A stretch of 64,000 nucleotides of DNA from a virus (taxonomy: Duplodnaviria; Caudoviricetes). The notes under the pieces are model-generated. The model had not been told where the DNA came from, ran no database searches, and worked only from the letters and a program-made list of their open reading frames with translations. This document shows, in pieces, positions 1 to 11,299 of the stretch; position 1 is the stretch's first letter; the number at the start of each line of letters is the position of its first letter. The stretch lies in the IMG/VR virus record IMGVR_UViG_3300029288_000002, positions 101,308 through 165,307 of that record, one strand, 5' to 3'. The position numbers and the translations under genes are program-made.

Positions 1-2
1 GG

Positions 3-482
3 AAACCTAAAAACAAAGGCGTTAGAGCGAAAAGACAAGAGTCTCTAAACAAAGAAGTACATAGAATTACAGCTATAGCACAAGATAGACAGTCAGGGAC
101 ATTTCATACTTGGGACATTCCTTTAGCCATTATAACTCGTGTTGCCTTTCATTTAGTCTATATGGACGGCAAGTTAAGTTATGATTATTTTGTAGATAAA
201 AATAAAATAATCAGTAGAACTGAGATGAAAAAAATACAAAAAGAAATGTTACAGGAAGGATTTTTAGAAAACGGAAGAACTAAAAACTCTCCGAGAATTA
301 TAACTGATAAGGGACAATCTGTTATAAATCAATATTCTAAGTTATATGTGCCAACTAAAGAAGAAAGGCTATATATAAGAAACAAAGCAAAGCAAAAAGA
401 AAACGAAAGAATGGTTATAAAAGCTAATTTGCAACAATCTTGCAATGAGGAATCTATTGACAGAATACAAATAAGAGCGTAG
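3..482 (+). CDS. hypothetical protein, 5'-partial (frame open from the window start)
   Basis: Frame of ORF 162..482 has no stop back to position 3. Confidence 0.6.
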   Translation, partial: KPKNKGVRAKRQESLNKEVHRITAIAQDRQSGTFHTWDIPLAIITRVAFHLVYMDGKLSYDYFVDKNKIISRTEMKKIQKEMLQEGFLENGRTKNSPRIITDKGQSVINQYSKLYVPTKEERLYIRNKAKQKENERMVIKANLQQSCNEESIDRIQIRA

Positions 483-494
483 AAGGAGTATAAT

Positions 495-839
495 ATGAGT
501 GATAGTAGACATTTAGCGACAGTGCAAAAGATTGTAAATATTAGTCCTATTCCTGGGGGAGATAGGATTCAGCTAACCAAAGTTTTAGGATGGCAATGTG
601 TAACGAATAAGAAAGATAATTTTAAAGTGGGAGACCTCGTAGTATACTTTGAAATTGATTCGCAGTTGCCTGCTAAACCAGAATTTGAGTTTTTAAAAGA
701 TGTAAAATATCGTATCAAAACACGAAAGTTTTTGAAAACCGTTAGCATGGGGCTAATTATGCCATTGAGCATTCTTAAAAATTATGGCGAGTTGAAATAT
801 GATAATGACGGTAATATAATAGGAATAAGAGTTGAATGA
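495..839 (+). CDS. RNA ligase, DRB0094/Rnl2-like family, N-terminal OB-like half of a split gene
   Basis: RHLATVQKI..I.PIPGGDRI....VLGWQCV...FKVGDLVVYFEIDS.LP...RIKT.KF...SMGLIMPL is the typical DRB0094-family N-terminus; RBS AAGGAG upstream. Confidence 0.85.
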   Translation: MSDSRHLATVQKIVNISPIPGGDRIQLTKVLGWQCVTNKKDNFKVGDLVVYFEIDSQLPAKPEFEFLKDVKYRIKTRKFLKTVSMGLIMPLSILKNYGELKYDNDGNIIGIRVE

Positions 840-1857
840 GAAAAATACTAAGAAAAGTTGAATTGGATCAATACATTTTTATAATGGAGAAATATAATGC
901 AGGAAACACTCTTGATAAAATAGCAAAAGAATACAAGGTTTCTGATGTGACAATTAGCAGAATATTAAAAACTATGGGTGTAAAAGTAAAAAATCGTAAA
1001 GAACACGATTATAAAAACGACCCCGTTTTTACTGAAATTTGTGAAAACTATTTACAAGGAGTAAGTATAAAAATATTAGCTGAGAAATATAATTTGAAAA
1101 AACATATTATAGTAACATGTCTAAAGTATAGACAAATTAAATCACGAAAAAGAGAGGATGCAAGAAAATATAAAATAAAGGAAAACTATTTTGATAAAAT
1201 TGACTCTCCTATTAAATCTTACTTTCTGGGTTTTTTGTTTGCAGACGGTTGTAATGCAAACAGCCAAATTTCAATAAATTTAAAATCGGAAGATTCCTAT
1301 ATATTAGAGTATTTAAGCAAAGAAGTTTTTATATCAAATAGACCGGTTGCTTTTTTCGATAAATACTCAAAAGAAACAAACAAAAAATATCCTCGGTGTA
1401 GATTAAACATATGTAATAAGAAAATATCCGAAGACTTGTTAAAAAAGGGTATGTGTGAAAGAAAATCTCTAATATTAAAATATCCTATAGATTTACCGGA
1501 TTGCTATTTTTGGGATTTTTTACGTGGATATTTTGATGGCGATGGATGCGTTAGAGTTATAAAACCAAAATACGGAATAACCAAAGTAACATTTTCGATA
1601 GTGGGGACATATGATTTTTTATATAGTGTTTCTGAGAAAATAAAACAACTTATATATGCTTGAAGTATCCAATTGCGATTTATAAAAGTAAAACCTCAAA
1701 AATATTAGAACTGCGAATTATAGCAAAAGAAGATGTTTTAAAAATATACAAATGTATGTATGAAAACGCAGAATTGTTTTTAAAAAGAAAATTTGAAAAA
1801 TTTGACATTGTTTATAAAGGAAAGGAACTGCAAAATGAAAACCTACTTAGAACTTAA
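836..1857 (+). mobile_element. LAGLIDADG homing endonuclease with N-terminal HTH repeats; frameshifted near 1651-1660 (ORFs 836..1663 + 1660..1857)
   Basis: Two LAGLIDADG helices, YFLGFLFADGC and FLRGYFDGDGC; the C-terminal 'YENAELFLKRK' segment lies in the second ORF; removing one TA from TATATAT at 1651-1657 fuses them. Confidence 0.85.
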
Positions 1858-2683
1858 AGAAGGCGTTTTTTTGGACGACATTATTGGCGTAACCAAATAT
1901 GATCCCGAAGGCGAAGCAGAAGCTAAAATGTATGCGCAAAAGGAGAAGATTGCTAAAAATAGATTGGAGAAATACTTATTTAGCCAAAAGTGGTACAGAG
2001 TATTATTGTGTAAGATTACAGGCGAAAAACAAAGAGGCTTTCCAAAATTTATTTCTCGCTCGGACGAAATTAGAATCCAAAACTTAGGGGACTCGTTTTG
2101 TCAAAAAGAAAAAGACACCGCTTTTACAGCTTGCTCAAAAATAGATGGGCAGAGTTTAACAGCAGCACTAATGAAAAACCCCAACCGCCTTGCACGTTTA
2201 TTTGGTAATCCTTATATCTTTATCCTTTGCTCTCGTAACCTGAAATTAGGAAAATATGATCCTAACAACAATTATTGGAAAATGGCAAAGAAGTATGACT
2301 TAGAAAACAAACTAAAACTTCTTATTGGTAATAATGATTGGGTAGCAGTACAAGGTGAGTCCGTAGGAGTTGGTATTCAAGAAAACAAATATAAACTAAC
2401 TGATAACCGACTATATATTTTCAACCTTATTTATCCCTCTGGCAGAGTAGATGACAAAACGTTTCGACCAAAATTGGAAGAAATGGGTTTACCTTGTGTC
2501 CCGCTATACAGTTATGATTTTCATTTGGGCAATACTGTGGCTGAAAGCGTAGAAAAGGTAACGGGATTAACCGGTGGTTTTGTAGAAGGGATTATGGACG
2601 AAGGGGTTGTTGTGCGTGACTACAGTCGTGATATTAGCTTCAAAATTATCAATCCGTTATTCCTATTGAAGCACAATCTCTAA
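1835..2683 (+). CDS. RNA ligase adenylation domain, C-terminal half of the split gene
   Basis: Motif I KIDGQS, CSRN, QGE, YIFN, EGVVVR, SFKIIN; own ATG at 1835 with AAGGAA upstream. Confidence 0.85.
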   Translation: MKTYLELKEGVFLDDIIGVTKYDPEGEAEAKMYAQKEKIAKNRLEKYLFSQKWYRVLLCKITGEKQRGFPKFISRSDEIRIQNLGDSFCQKEKDTAFTACSKIDGQSLTAALMKNPNRLARLFGNPYIFILCSRNLKLGKYDPNNNYWKMAKKYDLENKLKLLIGNNDWVAVQGESVGVGIQENKYKLTDNRLYIFNLIYPSGRVDDKTFRPKLEEMGLPCVPLYSYDFHLGNTVAESVEKVTGLTGGFVEGIMDEGVVVRDYSRDISFKIINPLFLLKHNL

Positions 2684-2691
2684 ACTGCTAC

Positions 2692-2720
2692 TTGACAAAT
2701 AACCACAAGAGTCGTATACT
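2692..2720 (+). promoter_or_regulatory. sigma70-type promoter overlapped by an 11-bp inverted repeat
   Basis: TTGACA-N17-TATACT; AGAGTCGTATA...TATACGACTCT spans the -10 box. Confidence 0.75.
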
Positions 2721-2753
2721 AATACTATACGACTCTAACGGAGAATAATCACA

Positions 2754-3248
2754 ATGACCACAGAAGAAATCTTAGCAAGGGCTTATACTCGGCATTATAA
2801 TCTTGAAAAACATGGTCGCGGCTATAACGTAAACAGAAGCGAATACGAAGAGTATTATATTCTTGAACAATCTATTCGGGCTGAAATATTTGCTGCTGAA
2901 TACTTTCGTGTAGAATATCGCTTTTTGGATGAGCGTTGCGGCGATGATGGATATGACCTCGTTTTATATAGTGGTGCAAAGGTTGATATAAAATGGCTTG
3001 GTTGTTATCCAAACAGTATGACTCCTCGTAGAGAAGGTTACATCCACTACCCCGCTACTAAACCCATGAGTGCTAATTTTTATGTAGCTGTGTCAGGAAC
3101 AAATGACACGGGTTTTAAAATGATAGGCTGGTGTAATAGAAAAGAGTTTAGGCAAGAATACTATACTGGTAATAAGCGCAAAGATGGTAGTAATTTGTCG
3201 TATTCAATTCACACCAGTAAACTGCACAAATTTGAAGAAGAGTTGTGA
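2754..3248 (+). CDS. putative PD-(D/E)XK-fold endonuclease
   Basis: AE...AEY, DDGYDLV, KVDIKW motifs. Confidence 0.5.
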   Translation: MTTEEILARAYTRHYNLEKHGRGYNVNRSEYEEYYILEQSIRAEIFAAEYFRVEYRFLDERCGDDGYDLVLYSGAKVDIKWLGCYPNSMTPRREGYIHYPATKPMSANFYVAVSGTNDTGFKMIGWCNRKEFRQEYYTGNKRKDGSNLSYSIHTSKLHKFEEEL

Positions 3249-3917
3249 AAATTTGGCAACAAACGGTAATAATATGGAAAGTACAATTTTCGTACCAGAA
3301 AAGATTAGAGAAGAATTTCGAGTGTAAAAGAAAGGATTGAAAATGCAAAAAGGTGATGTGTTTGTTTGTTATATAAACGATTGGGATAGCGTTCAATCAA
3401 AAAAGGAAGGTGACTTTGTTGAAGCAGGATATTATGTAGCAATTTGTAATAGTGCAGAAAACGACTGCATTGATTACTCGCTAATTAGCTCTGCAATTGT
3501 TAATAAAAAAGATGTCAGTAGTGAACGCTGGCACATATTACAAAACGGTTTGCTCAATTAGGAGATTAAAATGAATAAGCCTCACTATCACTTTTGGTTT
3601 AGCCAAGTACATTCTGACGAGATGAAAGAAAATGGTTGTCCAAAGAACTTCTGTTCTATTGTGGGATGGTGCGGAGAAACGGAATATACTGATGCAGTAA
3701 GAGTAGAGCAAAAAGAAGAAATTGGTCTTAAATATCCAGACGCTTTATATTTGGGTATTGGAACATTTTCAAAATTAGTAAGGCAATAATAGAATGAATA
3801 TAAATATACCATTGATTATTGGGGTCATTATTGAAATACTACTCGGAAGTTTATTCTTCGGAATAATATTTTACATTGGTGGTAGATTTATCAAAGAATT
3901 ATTTGAAAAGGAGTAAT

Positions 3918-4379
3918 ATGAGATATTTATTGGGAATGATTACTGCGATATTGATATTTGTGGTATTGATTTGGGGAGCTTCATTAATTTACGACACTGT
4001 AACGAATCCTGTAAATACTTTGACAATTTCGGCGTCTAACAACAGGGCATTGGTTCAGTTAGATTTTCAGAACGCAGTACTCCGCCTGTTTTGTCCCTGC
4101 AATCAATATTTGTATACTGGCGACGATGGTTATACATGGATGAAATTGCCAGATAGTATATCAAAAGTTAGATTTTGGGTAATACAACCCAATAATAATA
4201 TTTTTACTTTAGCCTTCTACCAATGGCATAATCAAACAACGCTGCGGGATGACGGTTGTGTAAAATTAGATTATGGCAAAGCAGACAAACAAAGTGAAAC
4301 AGGATTAGAGTCACCATCAGCGCGATGGTTTCCCTTAGAATTTTGTCATACTGATGAAAGCGTATATATTCTCAAATAA
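3918..4379 (+). CDS. membrane-anchored hypothetical protein
   Basis: N-terminal hydrophobic helix; AAGGAG RBS before ATG 3918. Confidence 0.55.
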   Translation: MRYLLGMITAILIFVVLIWGASLIYDTVTNPVNTLTISASNNRALVQLDFQNAVLRLFCPCNQYLYTGDDGYTWMKLPDSISKVRFWVIQPNNNIFTLAFYQWHNQTTLRDDGCVKLDYGKADKQSETGLESPSARWFPLEFCHTDESVYILK

Positions 4380-4448
4380 TATTACAATCATACTTCTTTA
4401 GCTAATATAAAAAGTATGGTTGTAATACTTTTTATAAAAAGGAAACAA

Positions 4449-5030
4449 ATGCCAACTAAACCAAAGAAACCACAACCTCAGACCCCAAACGAAGTGCAAA
4501 CAAAAGATTTCTTCGAGACTCCTCGTTGCGCTGTAGATATATTATTGCCTTTTATACCAAAAGGAACTAACGATATTTGGGAAATCGCGGCAGGCAATGG
4601 AAAAATAAGCAATTATTTAATTGAAAAAGGATATAGTGTTTTATGCACTGACATAAATGGAAATTACGAATATTGTAATTTTCTTGAAAGTAATCGCAAA
4701 TTAAGCGAATATTGGGCGATTATTTCAAACCCTCCTTTTAGTTTAAAGAAAAACTTTTACGAAAAATGTATGCAATATGTTGATAGATATGGCATATCTT
4801 GGGCGTTGCTTATTCCTCTTGATTATTCCAAATGGCTCATAGATGCTATTCGCTATAATCATTGCGAAAAAATTATACCAGACTCGCGTATAAATTATAT
4901 AACCCCTTCTGGTAAAAGTGGTAAAGATTCGTCTGCTCAATTTCATTCTGGCTGGCTTACACACGGTTTGAACTTAGGTCAAAGCGAAACCTTTGTACAT
5001 TTGTCAAAAGAAGATAAGGGGAATGTTTAA
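4449..5030 (+). CDS. DNA N6-adenine methyltransferase (phage type)
   Basis: DFFETP, WEIAAGNG (motif I-like), IISNPPF (motif IV). Confidence 0.8.
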   Translation: MPTKPKKPQPQTPNEVQTKDFFETPRCAVDILLPFIPKGTNDIWEIAAGNGKISNYLIEKGYSVLCTDINGNYEYCNFLESNRKLSEYWAIISNPPFSLKKNFYEKCMQYVDRYGISWALLIPLDYSKWLIDAIRYNHCEKIIPDSRINYITPSGKSGKDSSAQFHSGWLTHGLNLGQSETFVHLSKEDKGNV

Positions 5031-5275
5031 AATGTTGATATTGATATATACTATAGAATTAATATTATTGTTTGCATCAATGATTAGTGTAAACAATATT
5101 AGCGCAACAGACCCCGAATTGTTTTGGGTAAAAGCAGCTACTGTAGCAATAATGTTCGAAGATATATTTCTATATAATATATTATGTGAATTACACAAGA
5201 TTAACAAAGCCATAGATAGTAAAAAATAATAGCACAATATTGTAGAAATCCAACACTACTGCCATAATACCTTTA

Positions 5276-5373
5276 TACCCTCACAGGAAGGCTTAAGAGC
5301 GAGTTATACTCATTCAAGGTCACTTTATACCTTTAAATTACAAATACCTCATGTGACCACAGGAAGGGTTGAG
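5276..5373. repeat. dispersed ~100-bp element, copy 1
   Basis: CAGGAAG(5284)...AGGT-N8-ACCT(5317-5332)...CAGGAAG(5360). Confidence 0.75.
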
Positions 5374-5393
5374 ACATAAATCGGGCATTTTAC

Positions 5394-5418
5394 AACAGCC
5401 GAAAACTCGGCTGTTTTT
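5394..5418 (+). terminator. intrinsic terminator
   Basis: AACAGCCGA-AAAC-TCGGCTGTT followed by a T run. Confidence 0.7.
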
Positions 5419-5423
5419 AGTTC

Positions 5424-5452
5424 TTGACAAACGATAAACAACGTGCTACAAT
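5424..5452 (+). promoter_or_regulatory. sigma70 promoter of nuclease cassette A1
   Basis: TTGACA-N17-TACAAT. Confidence 0.75.
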
Positions 5453-5473
5453 GATTGAAAGGAGAAATAAAAA

Positions 5474-5920
5474 ATGGATAGAGCAAATTTTTCACACGAA
5501 ATTATTTTGATTGGAGCAGTTGAACAAACAAATCCAATTATAGAATCTTTGTATAATATGCCTCATTTGGCATACGGGTTTAAAGCAGACATTTTTGAAA
5601 ATGTTGCTTACTGTTATATTGACATTGATATGAACGACGTTGCAATGTCTTCTTTTTTAGTAGAAACAAGTGTTGACTTTTACGATAGCAGTGGCTTTGA
5701 AGACGAACCGGAATTTACTACTGTGTCTTTTTATACCGAAACACAATTATACTCTTTTACTTGGTCATATCAATGGAGTGATTGGAGTAAAATGCTTAGG
5801 GATGAAACCTCGATAATGAATCTTTTATCTTGTAACCTTTTTGGAAATAAAATTAAATCCTTAAGAGAACAAGTATCATGTTCCTTATATACAATTGAGT
5901 TAGAAAATGAACAAGACTAA
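5474..5920 (+). CDS. partner protein of nuclease cassette A1 (acidic, unknown function)
   Basis: RBS AAGGAG; 3' end overlaps the nuclease start. Confidence 0.6.
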   Translation: MDRANFSHEIILIGAVEQTNPIIESLYNMPHLAYGFKADIFENVAYCYIDIDMNDVAMSSFLVETSVDFYDSSGFEDEPEFTTVSFYTETQLYSFTWSYQWSDWSKMLRDETSIMNLLSCNLFGNKIKSLREQVSCSLYTIELENEQD

Positions 5921-6443
5921 AAATTATAAATATTTAGATTATGCTACACCAAAAGAGCAACACATTTTACAATATTTATATGGATATTCTACTAAGTTTA
6001 TTGTTTGTAAAGATAAAAAGGGAAACACTGTCGAACAGACTAAGACATATGATGGAAATATTATTTGTAGTTATCCAGACATAGAAGTTTATACCAATGA
6101 AACACAAACGGTTATGATTGCGTTAATTGAAGTAAAAGGCTTTCTTCAATTTCCTAGAAGGGATTTACCATTTGATACTGATTTGAACATTTTGGCAATA
6201 AAAGAAAATCAATTAAAGTCGTATATCAAAGTCCAAAAAGAGGAACAAACAAATATAAATATTATCTTTGTGGTTGGTTATTCACCAGACGAATATGCTT
6301 TTTATTGGGAAAGTCTTGATAACATTTTAGCAATGGAATGTGTAAAGAAAACAGAATGGGCGTTTTTTCAAAAGAAGATAGTAAGATTTTACGATGCTTC
6401 TTTGTTTAGAAGAGACATTGAATATTGTGTAATACCTTTTTAG
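5907..6443 (+). CDS. PD-(D/E)XK nuclease, cassette A1
   Basis: YPDIE...LIEVKG...Q..SY..VQ..E...FYWESLDN; paralogous to 25147 and 42609. Confidence 0.7.
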   Translation: MNKTKNYKYLDYATPKEQHILQYLYGYSTKFIVCKDKKGNTVEQTKTYDGNIICSYPDIEVYTNETQTVMIALIEVKGFLQFPRRDLPFDTDLNILAIKENQLKSYIKVQKEEQTNINIIFVVGYSPDEYAFYWESLDNILAMECVKKTEWAFFQKKIVRFYDASLFRRDIEYCVIPF

Positions 6444-6946
6444 GTAATAAAATCCACATTTGATGAACAAAAGGAAGTATATGAGAGTAATAAAACATAC
6501 AATAAGCATAGAATATGAATGTGAGGAAACAAAATCCAAGCATAGTATAAAATTAATAAATAATAAATTTTCAATTTGGCAAAACCATGTGGAGGATTGG
6601 GGACACGAAACGTTTATTGAGTTTAAATGCCCGTTTTGCCAAAAATATCACCGACTGAAATGGCGTAACGAGTCCACATTTTAGAAATGAAAAAGGAGTG
6701 TTCATGTTAGAAATTGATATTGAAGATTATATTACAGAACAACTAAAAGATGTTGACTGTGAACTTGAAAGACACGATTTTATAGATTTTTATTTTCAAG
6801 ATAGAGATGGTATACAGTTACGGGTTGGTGAATATGAGTGTTATAAATATCTTTCGGAGTATGCAATTTCCAAAGGTGCTAAAATAGGGGATATTGTTTA
6901 TATTTACTGGAAGCCTATTCTAATATAAAAAAGGGCAATATAAAAA

Positions 6947-7932
6947 ATGGAAAATCGCTATCAAACAAGATGCTGTATGAATTGTAAATTTTTAGTTTTG
7001 TGTAACCACAATGAAGCGGATAATGTCTTTGAGTTTTTTGGTTGTAATGTAGATAAGACATATGATGAAGAAACAAGTGAAGCGGAATGGTTAGAAGAAA
7101 ACAAAACAGAATTAGATATGGTTTGTGACTTATGGGAGTTTAATTAGGCAGCAGAATATAGATAGCAATAGTAATATAATTGCAACACTTTTGGCTATTG
7201 CAATTTTAGTATTTGTAGCGTATAATGAATTTAGATTGATAAACTAAGAATAAGGAGTAAACAATGTGTGATTTTTGTAATGGTATGTACAACAAAGATG
7301 AAGCGAGAATGTACGCATTAAAACATCCAACATATTCACTAAGCATTATTGTCAATGGTAAGCAATATATAGTGGTTTCTTTGTCTTCTGATGTAAACGA
7401 TCTTATTGAAATAGATTATGACATTAATTATTGTCCTATGTGTGGTAGAAAACTTGTAGAGGAATAAACAATGAATAGACCCAACCTTAGAGAAATTAAT
7501 TGTGAATGTTGCGATAATTGTTACTTTTCAAAAATTGTTTCTATTGAAGAAATAGGAAAAGCCTATTTGGTTTGTAATTATGAAAATAATGAAAAGGACT
7601 GTTGCCTAAAGCATAAACAAGAATGGGCTGAAGAAAACGAAACCTTTAGTTATTTTATTTGTGATCTTTGGTCAATATAGTATTTGACCATTTTAGTTAC
7701 AAAAAAGGAAGTTAGAATGACCAGTTTATATAGTATTAGACCAAATTTTAGAGAGAACAACAACTGTAGCACGTGTAAATATCGAAATCTTAGACATGAT
7801 GGTTACGGAGGATTTGAATGGATTGGTTGCAACTTTGGTAATACTCGCCAAAACTATTTATCCCTCCTTCAAGAATGGTTGCGCACTTATGAGGTTTCAG
7901 AATTCAATGTTTGCGATTTATGGGAAGAATAG
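6947..7932 (+). CDS. cluster of small Cys-rich (zinc-binding) proteins; 6947..7147, 7471..7680 and 7718..7932 are paralogues, 7264..7467 is an unrelated CxxC protein
   Basis: Shared R...CxxC...CN...W...E...CDLW pattern. Confidence 0.6.
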
Positions 7933-8824
7933 AATGCTTATTTTAGTGACAAAAAGGAGAGTAACCATGTACACAACAGCGAAAGAAATGAGAGAACAGG
8001 CAAATAGTACAAAGACCGAATCTGAAAAAGTAAGTCGGCTTTTAATTCTCATTGATGAAGAATCTAAATTCGGAATGTATAATATCTGCCTCTATTACGG
8101 AAAGAAAAACTGCATATGGCTTTCATATTGTGATGTGGAATATATAACTGAAGTTTTAGGATATAAATACTGTCCTATAATTAATTCGACAAATGAAGAA
8201 ATTGGTTATACAATATCTTGGTGACAGATTTTAAAATTAGACAAACAGGTTATATGATTTCTTGGAAGACAAGAAAAACATCATTCTGATAAAACTCGGA
8301 TTTTAGTTACGAAAAATAAGGAGTTTGAGTATGTCTGTATATGAAAAGATTATTAATAGTGAATTTAAAATTAATGCGCTTGAGGCTAAAGAACTGTCGG
8401 AAGAATGTGAAAACTTATCAGAAAAAAATAGTATAAACACAAGCATTATACTAAGCGCAATAAAAGGGAGTCGTACTATTTACTACGGAGTTAACCAAAT
8501 AACACGAAGCGAAATTTTAGAATTGAAAAGGCAAGGATTTTGTATAATTCCACATTTGGGAAAGACTTGGTTGTTTGGTTTAATTGCAGATATTAATGGA
8601 TACAGCGTATATTGGTAATAAATTCTTGAATTTTAGCAACGAAATTGTAACTAAAATTGCTTGTAATTTGTAGTTATTTAGTATATACTAATAGTATACT
8701 ATGTAAAGGAGTAAAAATGACAAATTAGATTACTACAAACATTTGTCTTTTACCGCTTTGATTTGAAAAATGATTGAAACTATATCAAAAATATCTCAAT
8801 TATAAAACATATAAGGAGAGACAC

Positions 8825-9193
8825 ATGATCAGCCAAAAAAGTAAAGAGATGTGCGAAAAATTGGTAACAGCCATGTATAATTTGCAAGGGCTATCAATTA
8901 AAGCAATGCTGTGTTCTATGATTCCTGCAAACGTTGTGCAGTTGGAAGTATCTGATATTGTCGAGCATTTAATTAGAATTATAGGTACTCATTTTATGAT
9001 TGAAGAAAATCAAAGTTCAGAAATATATATTGAGCATTTGGAAGAATATGAATATTGGACTGGTAAAGCAAATAAACTGATCGAAAATTTAGAAACAATC
9101 ATTTTATATGATACAGAGAAAGACAGTGGAAAACTTTTTATTGATGCAAATAAGCCCTTGTTGGATAATTTTAAAACATATTGGGAAGGATAA
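8825..9193 (+). CDS. partner protein of nuclease cassette B1 (helical)
   Basis: RBS AAGGAG; residue pattern resembles 28704 and 43324. Confidence 0.55.
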   Translation: MISQKSKEMCEKLVTAMYNLQGLSIKAMLCSMIPANVVQLEVSDIVEHLIRIIGTHFMIEENQSSEIYIEHLEEYEYWTGKANKLIENLETIILYDTEKDSGKLFIDANKPLLDNFKTYWEG

Positions 9194-9200
9194 AATAAAT

Positions 9201-9869
9201 ATGAGGCTATTATCTCAATTGTTCAAAAGTCGCCCGAATCTTCCAGAGCCAAGCGAAGAATATTTAAAAATGCTAGAATTAGCAAAAGAATTTGAAAACA
9301 TAGTTTTGAATTGGATGGACTCTTATTGTTATTATATGAATATTGACAGATATACAGTTATAGATGATAAAACAGGTAGAGAAACATATCAAGTATATGC
9401 AGATGAAAATGACAATCCTCGCGCACACCCTGATTTGATTGCTGAAATTTATGTGAATGATAAAAATAGAGTAATAGTATATGTAGAAGTAAAAAGCAAA
9501 AAGTCTCCGTATTACAATTTAACAGGAAACATACCAGAAGATAAAATTAGTAAAACAGAAGAATGTTTTATTATAGAACAAAGTCAGTTCAATAGCTATT
9601 TACACTTGGCTAGAATGAAAAAATCAAAAGTTGATATTCTGTTTATTATTTCAAATTCCTGGAAATGGTATAGATTAGACGTTGAAAATTTAAACAAAAT
9701 AAAAACTTCAATAGTAAACCCTTTTGGTAATAATGGCGACAATCAACAAGGGTTATATTATGTATGGAGACTGAGAGACTTAAAAGAAATAAAAGATCGT
9801 CCCGAAAGACTAGAATTGTTAAGATGCGGGGATAAATTTGGGCAAATTCCTCCCTTTGAAGATAGATAG
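9201..9869 (+). CDS. PD-(D/E)XK nuclease, cassette B1
   Basis: FE..V..W...HPDL...VYVEVKSK...QFNSY...YYVW.L.DLK. Confidence 0.7.
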   Translation: MRLLSQLFKSRPNLPEPSEEYLKMLELAKEFENIVLNWMDSYCYYMNIDRYTVIDDKTGRETYQVYADENDNPRAHPDLIAEIYVNDKNRVIVYVEVKSKKSPYYNLTGNIPEDKISKTEECFIIEQSQFNSYLHLARMKKSKVDILFIISNSWKWYRLDVENLNKIKTSIVNPFGNNGDNQQGLYYVWRLRDLKEIKDRPERLELLRCGDKFGQIPPFEDR

Positions 9870-10777
9870 AATCAGACTTTTACGCGCGAAAGGGAAATAT
9901 TTATGATAAAGAAAACTAAACTAACGCATTGGAAATATCAATTATATTATGATATGATTAGTGCATATAATATTGGTGTAAAAGAACATCCACAAGAAGT
10001 AATACAAAAATTTATTGAGCAAATGAAAAACGAAAATGTTAGTATAGAAATATTAGAATCCGAAGCTGTATCCATAGCTGATTGTTGGCTGTTTTTGGTT
10101 AAATGCTCTACTCCCTGGCTTACCTCTAAATTACCAGAATACATTAAACATCAAGGATTAGGTAATGATAAAGAAGGCAAATATAAATGAAACAAAAGGA
10201 AGTAAATAATGGGAATTAAACCTACAATGTATTTGGTTGTTGGTGTGGCAGACGTGGTTGAAAATGACACTCGTAATACTAGCAAAAAGGATGTTTACAA
10301 CACGCCGTTAGAATATTGGGTTAGTAAAGACGGTTACTTTTCAGACAAACGCTATCATGACAAAAATGTTCCTGGTTACACTGCAGAGGTTAAAGACATA
10401 GTTACACATTTGTATTTTGAGGGAGATAATCCAGGTAAAGTGCTTACTATTGACTATGACATGAACGAATATATTGAATATTGTTTGAAAAACGAGTTAT
10501 TATTTGAAAAGGAGTAGTATGGAAGACTCTGTATTTAAAATAGCCGCTAATACTTGTTCTACAGTATATGTACTATGGGACTATTACAGAGGTATGTTCT
10601 TTGTAGATACTACTCGTTATACACAACACGTTTTATCTGCTCAATTCTTTTTTACTAAAAAAGATGCAGAAAATAGGCTAAAAGAGTTATTGGATATTCC
10701 AGTACATTTATCAATAAAATTAGATAATATGAGACTTCGTGTAAAAGAAGTTACAGTTGTAACTAAAGGAGAATAGT

Positions 10778-11299
10778 ATGAAATATAGAATTGGTTTTGT
10801 TAGCAATAGTTCAAGCACCAGTTTTACTTGCTGTTTAACAGGCGAAGAGATTTCTGGTATGGATTTAGGGTTAAGCGATGCCGGAATGTATGAGTGTAAA
10901 AACGAACACATCTTTTCAGAAAATTTGTTGTTATCTCCTGTTTTCCCAATTGCAGAATGTAGAGAATGGGCTGAAAATAAATGGTGTGATGACGAATATA
11001 TGAAAGAAAAGTATGCGGTTTTACATTCTCATATCACAAACGCGGAATTTCTAAAATGGTTTACCGAAAACGAATTTATGAACGAAATGTTGGAAGATGT
11101 AGAAGATTCCAGATATGATGTTGATCCTAAATGCTGTCCTGTTTGTCAGTTTGAAGACCTCCCTTATGAGGATGTAGCTAAATATTATCTATTACTTGCC
11201 AAACTGACACGTAAAGAGTTTGCCAAAAAGATGAAGCGAAAATTTAAGACCTATAACGCCTTCTCAGAATATCTAAAAGGAGTGAATCATGAAAATTAG
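10778..11299 (+). CDS. SNSSS-leader protein 1 (with CPVC zinc-ribbon-like motif)
   Basis: N-terminus MKYRIGFVSNSSSTSF. Confidence 0.75.
   Translation: MKYRIGFVSNSSSTSFTCCLTGEEISGMDLGLSDAGMYECKNEHIFSENLLLSPVFPIAECREWAENKWCDDEYMKEKYAVLHSHITNAEFLKWFTENEFMNEMLEDVEDSRYDVDPKCCPVCQFEDLPYEDVAKYYLLLAKLTRKEFAKKMKRKFKTYNAFSEYLKGVNHEN

Noticed and set aside
836-1857. Group I intron or intein in the RNA ligase
   Set aside because: The endonuclease ORF overlaps both ligase halves with no non-coding flanks, is not in frame as one polypeptide, and has no C1/HN-C splice motifs.
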